Assembly: GCA_964392315.1 (NCBI GenBank)
Contig: CAYMOT010000001.1
Location: forward strand, 359,318 to 423,317
Origin: an uncultured Candidatus Saccharibacteria bacterium
GTDB lineage: Bacteria; Patescibacteriota; 4484-211; JAGQKX01
Length of the DNA: 64,000 nucleotides
Direction: 5' to 3'
Under the pieces are notes generated by a model, which searched no databases, had not been told where the DNA came from, and worked only from the letters and a program-made list of their open reading frames with translations. Of the stretch, positions 47,256 through 55,922 are shown one piece after another (the stretch's first letter is position 1; every line of letters starts with the position of its first letter). The position numbers and the translations under genes were made by a program.

Positions 47256-48953
47256 TTACTCGTATAACCACACTCCACTATAGGCTCCTAAAGTAATGTT
47301 CTTGCTTTGCATATGAACGTCGTGAATTGCAAGGGTGGGGGTGTTACCGGTTGTTTCGATCACGATAGGTTCCGTACCTAAGTTGATAAATATAGATAAC
47401 TCCTTTTTTCTCAGGTAGTACTTTGCTGCAAAAAGATGCAACGTGTTTGGCTCTAACCTTTCAGGATATGTAGTAGCTAATCCAGAAAACTGCTGGCGTG
47501 CAGTAAAAATGCTGGTTAATGTCTCTTGTAGTTCACGTGCGGTTGGTGTTGCCAAATCACGTTCGTGTATGTGTCCGCGACTGATGTCACGGGTATCCTC
47601 TTCCACAGCAATTCCCCTCTTCATTTTTATCTGTGTTTGTTCGTTCATGTACGCAATGTCATTTGTCTTGCCTACCTCATCACCATATATAATGGCAGGG
47701 TTGCCCGGTAAGGATGCAAGGAGCAGGTGTGCAAGGGCACTTCTTTTGGGATCATCATGCAAAAGCGAGAGCGTACGTCCGCTGGTACCTGAGCCGTATT
47801 GAAATACCGCATTTTCATCTGGTAACGCCTCGAACAACTGTGTGCGGATATCCTGATCAGTATATTTAAATGACAAATCATCGTGGTTTCGAATGAAAGT
47901 GACCCATTGGGTGTATTCTGGTATGTCTTGCATAGTTGTAAGCAATTCCCAAATGTGATCGATCTCTCCAAGTATGAGTGCGACCCATAATGCTTCTGTT
48001 AATTCAAATTCATAAGAAAGGTCTGCCTGGGGATGTGTAGTATCAGAAAGATACGATGTTAGTATTTCTGTGGGTTGATTTACCTCTACCAAAAGTGTGC
48101 TCTGTGGATTTGTATATGCCAAAATATACCGAAGTCCTTGGATTAGAGCGTGTGTGGCAGAAGTATGTGCGAGCATGCCTTCTTCCCATTTTTTGCCAAT
48201 ATATGGCACTGCATCAAGACGAAAATTACAACCCTTCTGTGCCCAGTAAGTCAGCACTTTTGCCATCTCAACAAACACCTGTGGGTTGTGCCAGTTAAGG
48301 TCTATCTGCTGTGGATAAAAAGTATGGTAATACCAGTTACCATTGTGTTCGACCCAGTGAGGAATGTCTCCTGCCTGTTCTGGAAATACAATGCGGATGT
48401 CATGTGGTTTCCCGTTGATCTGGTATTGTGCAAAATTAATACCATTTTTTTCGAATACTTTTACAAGCTCAGGTTTTTCATGCAGACTAACAAAGTAGTC
48501 TTGATAGTATTGGTTGCCGGCAATTGCTTTTTGAAACCATGCGTGTTGATAAGAGATATGGTTAAGCACAAAATCAACAAATACATGCATTTCATAGGTT
48601 TTTGCCTCAGCTAAAAACTCTTCAAACGCTTCGTTTCCTCCGTACTCTTCTTTAATAGTATAGTAATCTGCCACGTCGAAGCCTTTATCAATCAAGGGGG
48701 ATTCAAATGGTGGCAAAATATGAATCGCAGTAAAGCCCATTTGCTTTATGCGGGGGATTTGATTGATAAGCTGATACAACGTGCAGTGGCCATTTTCGCA
48801 AAACGAATCAGGGTATACGACATAAAGGTGGAAATTTTTGTGCCAGGAAGGTTGAAGAAAATGAGGTTCTTTTGGTAGGTTTAAAGTTTTTACAATATTA
48901 TCAACGTCTCGCTCATCATAGAGCCCTGAAAGAACTTGTTGCAACGATTTCAT
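47256..48953 (-). CDS. GH13 alpha-amylase-family enzyme (trehalose synthase / sucrose-phosphorylase-like)
   Basis: GH13 conserved regions: ..DFVLNHIS.. (region I), ..GCNFRLDAVPYI.. (region II with catalytic Asp) and ..FIRNHDDLS.. (region IV). 565 aa. Confidence 0.65.
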   Translation of the reverse strand: MKSLQQVLSGLYDERDVDNIVKTLNLPKEPHFLQPSWHKNFHLYVVYPDSFCENGHCTLYQLINQIPRIKQMGFTAIHILPPFESPLIDKGFDVADYYTIKEEYGGNEAFEEFLAEAKTYEMHVFVDFVLNHISYQHAWFQKAIAGNQYYQDYFVSLHEKPELVKVFEKNGINFAQYQINGKPHDIRIVFPEQAGDIPHWVEHNGNWYYHTFYPQQIDLNWHNPQVFVEMAKVLTYWAQKGCNFRLDAVPYIGKKWEEGMLAHTSATHALIQGLRYILAYTNPQSTLLVEVNQPTEILTSYLSDTTHPQADLSYEFELTEALWVALILGEIDHIWELLTTMQDIPEYTQWVTFIRNHDDLSFKYTDQDIRTQLFEALPDENAVFQYGSGTSGRTLSLLHDDPKRSALAHLLLASLPGNPAIIYGDEVGKTNDIAYMNEQTQIKMKRGIAVEEDTRDISRGHIHERDLATPTARELQETLTSIFTARQQFSGLATTYPERLEPNTLHLFAAKYYLRKKELSIFINLGTEPIVIETTGNTPTLAIHDVHMQSKNITLGAYSGVWLYE

Positions 48954-49037
48954 ACACGTATTGTAAATGTGAGATATGCAAATGTGAAATGCTTACCTGC
49001 ATTTGCATATTTGTATATTTGCTTATTTAATTAGACT

Positions 49038-50183
49038 ATGCATATTGGCATCGATGCGTCGCGGCTGAATATTACAAATAGAACTGGTACCGAAAATTAC
49101 ACGTATAACGTCATTTATCACTTGGCACGACTGCAAAGTATCCATGATTTTAGGTTGTATTTTCGGGAACGTCCGGATGAGACATTTTGGAAAGAGCTTA
49201 CAAATAATAATCCACAATTCCACTACAGAGTTATTACATGGCCGCGGTTATGGACACAATGCGGGCTAGCATTTGAGCTGTTATTACACCCTGTTGATGT
49301 TGTTTTTATTTCTTCGCATACGATGCCAGTGCTGCATCGGCCTTCGCAAAGGTTTGTGGTGACCATTCATGGTTTGGAATATATGTATATGGAGGCGTAT
49401 GAAAGGTTCCCGCACAAATTATACTTAACCAAATCGACAGAATTTGTCTCTCGGTTTGCAGACAGGATTATCGCTGTGTCCGAGTTTACAAAAAAGAGCT
49501 TACTTGAACATGGGTGGGGAGCGACAGAAGACCGGATTGAGGTGATTCCTGAAGGGGTAAGTACTGACCACTTTTACCCCCGGCCTAATGCTGAATTTGA
49601 CAACGTTTTAAAAAAATATGAGATTGTGCAGCCCTATTTCTTCTTTATCTCTACGGTTCAACCACGCAAAAATGTCCTTGGTCTATTAGAAGCATATGCT
49701 TTGTTTCTCGCTGAACATGTGGAAAAATGTTCCGTGAAGGAAATGCCACGACTTGTTTTAGCGGGAGGACATGGATACAAGTTTGAAGAAGTTGATAAAG
49801 CAATCAAAAGATTTGGTTTGGAAAATGCGGTCAATGTGTTGGGACGTGTACCAGATGAGGATGTGCCAGCGCTTTTTTCCGGTGCAGTCGCATCGGTATA
49901 TCCTTCATTTGTCGAAGGATTTGGATTACCGGTTTTGGAATCCATGGCATGTGGGACACCGGTGGTTTGTTCTGGTACCGGTGCTTTGCCGGAAGTAGGC
50001 GGAGATGCAGCGTTGTATGTGGATCCGTATGATGTCGAGTCAATCGCACAGAGTTTGACCAAAGTTCTTGAAGATAGGCCTTTCCGTGAAGATCTGGTTG
50101 GGAAAGGTCTTGTGAGAGTAAGGCAGTTCTCGTGGAGTGAGACGGCAAGGAAAATACTGGGTGCATTTGAATCGCTCCAGTGA
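49038..50183 (+). CDS. GT4-family glycosyltransferase
   Basis: C-terminal ..EGFGLPVLESMACGTPVV.. with the EX7E-type GT-B motif. Confidence 0.8.
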   Translation: MHIGIDASRLNITNRTGTENYTYNVIYHLARLQSIHDFRLYFRERPDETFWKELTNNNPQFHYRVITWPRLWTQCGLAFELLLHPVDVVFISSHTMPVLHRPSQRFVVTIHGLEYMYMEAYERFPHKLYLTKSTEFVSRFADRIIAVSEFTKKSLLEHGWGATEDRIEVIPEGVSTDHFYPRPNAEFDNVLKKYEIVQPYFFFISTVQPRKNVLGLLEAYALFLAEHVEKCSVKEMPRLVLAGGHGYKFEEVDKAIKRFGLENAVNVLGRVPDEDVPALFSGAVASVYPSFVEGFGLPVLESMACGTPVVCSGTGALPEVGGDAALYVDPYDVESIAQSLTKVLEDRPFREDLVGKGLVRVRQFSWSETARKILGAFESLQ

Positions 50184-50200
50184 TAGGGTAGAATTCGTAT

Positions 50201-51904
50201 ATGAAATTTTCACAGCTCTTTGGTAAGCCCACAAAAGACACCATAAAATCTGATTTTATCAGTCATGAGTATTTGGTTAAGGGAGGATTTATCCGCGAGA
50301 GTGTTGCGGGAAGATACTTCTTTTTGCCGCTTGGTATGAGGGTTCGTAATAAGGTGATTGCGATTATACGTGAAGAAATGAATACTGCTGGAGCGCAAGA
50401 AATGCTCTCGCCTACGTTACATCCCATCGAATTATGGCAAGAAACCAACCGAGATAATGCGGGTAACTTTGGTCTAATGAATGTGACTGACCGCAGAGGT
50501 GCAGTGTTTGCCCTGGGCGGTACTGCGGAAGAGATGTTTGCCGACGTAGTAAGAAAGTTTCAAATTTCCTACAAAGACTTACCATTTAATGTATATCAGT
50601 TCTCGACAAAATTTCGCGATGAATTACGTGCACGGGGAGGGCTTTTGCGAACGCGTGAATTTACGATGAAGGATGCGTATAGTTTTGATGTGAATGAAGA
50701 GGCATTTAGAAATACGTACCAAACAATGGCAGATACCTATACCCGAATTTTCGATCGTGTAGGCCTAACTACGAAGATGGTTGCCGCTGATAATGGATAC
50801 ATTGGGGGGGAGTATTGTCATGAATTTATTGCTGAATCAGGAGATGGAGAAAGCAGATACCTTGAAAGTGAAGACGGACAATATATAGCCCACGAAGATG
50901 TAGCAACGTTTGCTCTTTTGGATATGAATCCTGAAGAAGAGATACTGCCTCTTGAGGAAATAGAACAGCCTGCATGGGTGCGGACCATGGAGGATAACCA
51001 AAAACATTATGGCGAACCTTCATGGCGGTACCTTAAAAATGTTGTATACAAAAATATAAGCTCTGGAGAAATCGTCATTGTAACGATCAGGGGTGATTTG
51101 GATGTAAATAAGACCAAGCTTGAAAAAGTGCTCGGTGCCGTAGAACTGTTAGAGGAAGCAACAGCAGAAGATCTGGCGAGAATCGGTACGAAGCCGGGTT
51201 ATGTTCATGCATGGGGACACAATGCTACATACATAGCAGATAATTCTCTCAAAACAGTAAGAAATTTCATTGGTGGGCAAAAACAAGAAACAACGGACAC
51301 CATACATGTTAATTATGGTCGTGACTTTCGGCATGATATAGAAGCAGATGTTGCACTTGCACAGGAGGGATACATAACGGCGGAAGGCGAGCATGTTTTA
51401 ATTGAAAAAAAGGGTATAGAGGTCGGGAATATATTCCAATTGGGTACTCACTATTCACAAAAAATGGCTGATGTCGTGTATACCGATGAGAACGGCACTA
51501 AGCAGCTCTTGTATATGGGGTGTTATGGTATTGGGGTTGAGCGAACGCTTGCAACAGTAGTTGAAATGCACCACGACGATAGGGGCATTGTCTGGCCAAA
51601 AGCAATCGCCCCTTACCATATTCATATAGTAAGTCTACACACGAGCGATGATGAAGTATTCAAAACTGCTGGGGAACTGTACAGCAATTTAGTACAGCAT
51701 GGGATTGACGTTCTATTTGACGATAGAAACGATGTTTCCGCAGGTGAAAAATTCGCCGATGCTGATTTGATCGGCATTCCGTACCGCGTAACCATTTCAA
51801 AAAAGACACTAGAGCAGGGGAATTATGAGGTAAAGGATCGGGCATCCGGTGAAGTTTCGTTTGCAACTTCTTTTGAAGAATTGGTGGGTTTCGTAAATGA
51901 TTAA
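50201..51904 (+). CDS. proS: proline--tRNA ligase
   Basis: N-terminus aligns with bacterial ProRS (..ISHEYLVKGGFIRESVAGRYFFLPLGMRV..). It has class II motifs and an anticodon-binding C-terminal domain. 567 aa. Confidence 0.9.
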   Translation: MKFSQLFGKPTKDTIKSDFISHEYLVKGGFIRESVAGRYFFLPLGMRVRNKVIAIIREEMNTAGAQEMLSPTLHPIELWQETNRDNAGNFGLMNVTDRRGAVFALGGTAEEMFADVVRKFQISYKDLPFNVYQFSTKFRDELRARGGLLRTREFTMKDAYSFDVNEEAFRNTYQTMADTYTRIFDRVGLTTKMVAADNGYIGGEYCHEFIAESGDGESRYLESEDGQYIAHEDVATFALLDMNPEEEILPLEEIEQPAWVRTMEDNQKHYGEPSWRYLKNVVYKNISSGEIVIVTIRGDLDVNKTKLEKVLGAVELLEEATAEDLARIGTKPGYVHAWGHNATYIADNSLKTVRNFIGGQKQETTDTIHVNYGRDFRHDIEADVALAQEGYITAEGEHVLIEKKGIEVGNIFQLGTHYSQKMADVVYTDENGTKQLLYMGCYGIGVERTLATVVEMHHDDRGIVWPKAIAPYHIHIVSLHTSDDEVFKTAGELYSNLVQHGIDVLFDDRNDVSAGEKFADADLIGIPYRVTISKKTLEQGNYEVKDRASGEVSFATSFEELVGFVND

Positions 51905-52004
51905 TTTGCTGGGTTGGTCTAAATAGTAAGCGTATTTGCTCTCTTTATAATACTCAAACGTGTTCTTCTACTCACAATGCAAGTTTGTTGATCCAACGTT
52001 CTCT

Positions 52005-52331
52005 CTACTCAATGACTAATGCGTTGCGTATTTCCGCAATAACTCGTTCACCTCTTCTCTTTACCACAGTTTCGATAATATCTACCGCAATACCATGCGG
52101 TTCAAATACTTTGTGTGGGTGTGTGTATATTTGAATATTTTTGAGAAAGATTTCGTGTTCGCTTTCTGGTATGAGACTAAGTACTGCCTCTAGCATCTCA
52201 AGATGCACAATGGACACCACTTTTTCCGTAAGTTCAGTACGTTCCTGTTCTTCTATCTCAAGCGTATGAATTTTTTCTAAGATATCATGCATTGATATCC
52301 AATGGAGGTAAAAGGGCTTTATGGTATCCAT
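52005..52331 (-). CDS. hypothetical protein
   Basis: 108-aa acidic soluble protein, last gene of a 3-gene minus-strand operon (3-nt spacing). No family recognised. Confidence 0.3.
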   Translation of the reverse strand: MDTIKPFYLHWISMHDILEKIHTLEIEEQERTELTEKVVSIVHLEMLEAVLSLIPESEHEIFLKNIQIYTHPHKVFEPHGIAVDIIETVVKRRGERVIAEIRNALVIE

Positions 52332-52334
52332 ATA

Positions 52335-53249
52335 TTAATTGACCGGTCCGAGTGGGACCGAGTTTTCTGGGTCGTCCACGAACAATAGTACCACGGTGGT
52401 CTTTGCGCTGTGTTTACCGTTATTAAGTTCGCGTATTACTTCGGGTGAGCCACCGAACTGTTTCCCAGTCCACTGAGCAGGTCCTGCATCTCCGACGACA
52501 GCAACCACTGCTTTGCCGGTTTGAGGGTTTACGACAAGTACTTTGCGAAATGCAAGCCAGTTTTTGTACGCTCGCGAATTCTGATTCCACTGGGGTGCCA
52601 AAAAAGATTGGACGGCTACGTAGTACTTTTCTTGTTGTATGGTTTCCTCAGTCATAGCGCTTTTAGAGGGCGCAAAATACCCGAACGCTCCGCGGTGTTT
52701 GGTAATGCCCGAAGATTGGTACTCGTCGTGCTGAGCAATAGTATCTCCAGCAAATCGAGGTAAATGCTGTTCTGCTCCCATATACCCATAATCTGTGTTG
52801 AGCGTATTACCATCTAGCTCGGAATATGCTTTGATATGCAGGGTTTGTTCTAATGTGGTACTTATGGCCTGGCTTGTTGACGCGTCCAATCTTTGTGGTT
52901 TGTCAGGAAGTATATCAGACAGGGTACGGTTTACTATACGTTGAGATAGTAACTGTGGGTCTTGTGGCTGATCTATTGGTGCTACGGATGCCTGTGTGTG
53001 GTTAGGATTACTATCCTGATTTTGTGGGGGCACTGCTGACTTGGGTATAAGTAGTGAGCCGGCCAATGCAATTGAAGTGGCAAAACGGCCTGTTTGTTCG
53101 ACGAAATGCTGAATGGGTATTTGACTATCTTGTAGTGATGCCCACGCTTTTTTATGTTTTGTCGCAATGGCGTCTCGTGCATTGTTATGTAGATGGGTAA
53201 TCTTCTGCTGAATTGAAGAGTTTTTTAACGTGTCGCTCATTGAAACCAT
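52335..53249 (-). CDS. hypothetical exported protein with a C-terminal RlpA-like double-psi beta-barrel (DPBB) domain
   Basis: The C-terminal ..VLVVNPQTGKAVVAVVGDAGPAQ...PEVIREL.. resembles the RlpA / 3D-domain core (V.N..nGksvvvrv.DrGP). The N-terminal half is Q/P-rich. Confidence 0.4.
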   Translation of the reverse strand: MVSMSDTLKNSSIQQKITHLHNNARDAIATKHKKAWASLQDSQIPIQHFVEQTGRFATSIALAGSLLIPKSAVPPQNQDSNPNHTQASVAPIDQPQDPQLLSQRIVNRTLSDILPDKPQRLDASTSQAISTTLEQTLHIKAYSELDGNTLNTDYGYMGAEQHLPRFAGDTIAQHDEYQSSGITKHRGAFGYFAPSKSAMTEETIQQEKYYVAVQSFLAPQWNQNSRAYKNWLAFRKVLVVNPQTGKAVVAVVGDAGPAQWTGKQFGGSPEVIRELNNGKHSAKTTVVLLFVDDPENSVPLGPVN

Positions 53250-54343
53250 TCATCGGTTATTGCCGGTACATATGCAACAAAATCAACATTTAGGCGAGAT
53301 GGTTGGAACGCATCCCCGATAAAGATCCACACAGGTTGCAAATACTGTTGGTAAGTTGCGGTATCATAGTAGCCAAGCTCTACCTTTTTTATAACGTATT
53401 CGTTGATGGTAGTTTCGCCACTATTCTGAGCTGCTGTTTCGGCATTTCCCAGGAAAACAATATAATCATTAGGGCTTTGTTGAAAACGTGATACGGCGGT
53501 ATCAGTGGAGAGTACCGGATATGTAGCTCCTTGATTTCGGTCAAACTCCCAATAGGTGTAGTTAATTTCAAGCATTTTTGGATTACTGACCGCAGACATA
53601 AAAACGTTAACTCTACTGCTGTAGAAGTCTGGACTTACAACTTTAATTTCATTAATAGGGATACGAAAATAATCCACACGAATAACCGAAGCTTGTGCAA
53701 GAGTGGAGGATGACACTAAATCTCTCCCATCGTATCGTAGTTTCTGAGAAGAAACCGTTGCTCTAGAAAGATCAGGTCCACGCTCTCCTCCCAAAATTCC
53801 GAGTCGTTCCATTTGAGCATTAGCATCATTGACTGCAAGTTCCTCTCGAGCGAAATTTCCTGGCCGAAACACGGTTGGGTTCGAACGATAGTCATATGTA
53901 TACCTGAAGTTTAATGTGGTTGAATTCATAGTCAAAAACTCAAGGCCTTTTCTCCACACAAGCTGCGTCTCATCAAGGACTTGGGGATCGTCGGTAAGTT
54001 GCAGGTTTCTCGCCAATGCAAGCGCTCTATCACGACTGAGGAATCCATAAGGTGCCGAAAGTATCGGGAATACTTCTAATATCTGTGGCGCAGTTGGTAA
54101 CTGTGTTTGCACCAAATCCAATCTCACCGTGGGCTGATTCGATGCCATGGCAATAGTCTCTATGTCTAGTTTAGGTAATTTCCCAAATTTTGCATTAAAA
54201 GTTGGAGGTGGGGCACTCCCTCCAGGATCGGGTGTCGAAGATATAACACGGAGAATAGTAACTGCAAGTATGGGGATAAAAACTGCCATCCACCCAAACT
54301 GAATCATGAGTCGTGCTTGTCGGGCGGTACTAGTAAGGGACAT
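53237..54343 (-). CDS. hypothetical membrane-anchored extracytoplasmic protein
   Basis: The start is taken at the internal Met (MSLTSTARQ..), followed by a TM helix and a ~330-aa extracytoplasmic domain with no recognised family. There is a 13-nt overlap with the DPBB gene. Confidence 0.4.
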   Translation of the reverse strand: MSLTSTARQARLMIQFGWMAVFIPILAVTILRVISSTPDPGGSAPPPTFNAKFGKLPKLDIETIAMASNQPTVRLDLVQTQLPTAPQILEVFPILSAPYGFLSRDRALALARNLQLTDDPQVLDETQLVWRKGLEFLTMNSTTLNFRYTYDYRSNPTVFRPGNFAREELAVNDANAQMERLGILGGERGPDLSRATVSSQKLRYDGRDLVSSSTLAQASVIRVDYFRIPINEIKVVSPDFYSSRVNVFMSAVSNPKMLEINYTYWEFDRNQGATYPVLSTDTAVSRFQQSPNDYIVFLGNAETAAQNSGETTINEYVIKKVELGYYDTATYQQYLQPVWIFIGDAFQPSRLNVDFVAYVPAITDEWFQ

Positions 54344-54459
54344 ATATCTAGTATAACAAGTAAGAATAAGCCTGTCTGCTGACAGGCAAGCAAATACAAA
54401 CGTTGCAAAAAAACCATTTGCATATTTGTCATTTCTTGTTTGCATATTACAATTGCCCC

Positions 54460-55893
54460 ATGGTCAGAACACGAATTGCACCGAGTCCAACTGGTGAGTA
54501 TCATATCGGCCACTTGCGTACGATGCTCTACAATTATGCATGGGCAAAGAAGAATGGTGGCCAGTTTATTATTCGCATAGAGGACACAGATAGATCTCGT
54601 TTTGTCGAGGGTTCTATGGAAAGAACATTGCAAGTTATTAAAGACTACGGGTTAACATGGGACGAAGGCCCCGAAGTAGGTGGCCCATACGAACCCTATT
54701 TGCAGTCCCAGCGCTTGGAAGTATACGTCCAACATGCAGAGATGCTTGTACAAGAAGGGAAAGCATATTATTGTTTTTGCACTTCTGAGCGCTTGGCTCA
54801 ACTACGTGAGATGCAAGAACAACAAGGGATACGCCCAATGTATGATGGCAAATGTAGGGGTTTAGATGTGCGTGAATCAAAAATACGAATAGAGGAAGGT
54901 GAGGCATATGTTGTCCGCCTGAAAGTTCCTCGTGATGAAACGATAGTGTTTGACGATATTGTTCTGGGACGGCTCACATTTGAGAGTAATGAGGTAGATG
55001 ATCAGGTATTGCTCAAGTCAGATGGTTTTCCTACATATCATCTTGCGGTGGTCGTAGATGATCATACGATGAAAATAAGTCATATTATGCGGGGTACGGA
55101 TTGGGTGCCCTCAACGCCTAAGCACGTCCTGCTCTATAGGTACTTTGGCTGGGAGTTTCCTGAACACGCACATTTGCCAAACTTGAAGGAAGTTGGTGGC
55201 ACGAAAAAGTTGTCAAAACGATTTGGTGCGGTGACTGCACGTGAGTTTTTGGACCAAGGCTACTTACCCGAAGCGATGATCAATTTCTTAATGCTTTTGG
55301 GGTGGAATCCTGGCACTGAACAGGAGATCTTCTCATTAGAAGAATTCATACAAGCTTTCGATATCCATGATATTCATAAAACCGATTTGGTTGCTTTCGA
55401 TCGCGAAAAACTTGCTTGGATGAATGGGGTTTATATTAGACAACTTTCCGGGGATGATTTATCTAAGAAGCTGATCACGCGCAATGAAGAACTAACGAAG
55501 GTAGACAGTGCATATGTATCAAACATTGTCCCGCTTGTGCAGGAGCGGATGAAAACACTGGGAGAATTTGCTGAGTTAACGCACTATTTCTTTGAAGATC
55601 CGCCGGTATCTTTGGAAAGCGTACTACAAAAAGGGAAAACGTCTGAAGAAACGAAAGAAGTTTTGCAGAAAGCTGCTGAAGTATTGGAAGGTATCTCCGA
55701 AGATCAGTGGAATACCGGAAATTTGGAAAAATACTTGAGGGAACTGCAGGAATCGTTACTCGATTGGTCACCCAAACAGCTTTTTATGTCAATCCGTATT
55801 GCAGTAACGGGTGAAACTGCAACACCGCCTCTTTTTGATACACTCGCCGTAATCGGTAAACGGCGCGTACTATCTCGCCTTCGTTCTCTATAG
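54460..55893 (+). CDS. gltX: glutamate--tRNA ligase
   Basis: ..VRTRIAPSPTGEYHIGHLRTML.. (HIGH motif) and KMSKS-like ..KLSKR... The start is at ATG 54460, not the upstream ATG of the track ORF. Confidence 0.9.
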   Translation: MVRTRIAPSPTGEYHIGHLRTMLYNYAWAKKNGGQFIIRIEDTDRSRFVEGSMERTLQVIKDYGLTWDEGPEVGGPYEPYLQSQRLEVYVQHAEMLVQEGKAYYCFCTSERLAQLREMQEQQGIRPMYDGKCRGLDVRESKIRIEEGEAYVVRLKVPRDETIVFDDIVLGRLTFESNEVDDQVLLKSDGFPTYHLAVVVDDHTMKISHIMRGTDWVPSTPKHVLLYRYFGWEFPEHAHLPNLKEVGGTKKLSKRFGAVTAREFLDQGYLPEAMINFLMLLGWNPGTEQEIFSLEEFIQAFDIHDIHKTDLVAFDREKLAWMNGVYIRQLSGDDLSKKLITRNEELTKVDSAYVSNIVPLVQERMKTLGEFAELTHYFFEDPPVSLESVLQKGKTSEETKEVLQKAAEVLEGISEDQWNTGNLEKYLRELQESLLDWSPKQLFMSIRIAVTGETATPPLFDTLAVIGKRRVLSRLRSL

Positions 55894-55922
55894 CCTGATT
55901 ATGTCAGTGCTATACTAACTCA

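Noticed and set aside
48150-48614. 154-aa plus-strand ORF
   Set aside because: It is antisense within the GH13 gene and has no features.
48974-48984. ATGCAAAT octamer (the eukaryotic Oct-1 site) in the GH13/GT4 intergenic region
   Set aside because: It is a coincidental match inside a bacterial inverted repeat. It is reported only as part of the shared-15-mer finding.
49658-50244. 134-aa and 137-aa minus-strand ORFs
   Set aside because: They are antisense within the GT4 glycosyltransferase and the proS start region.
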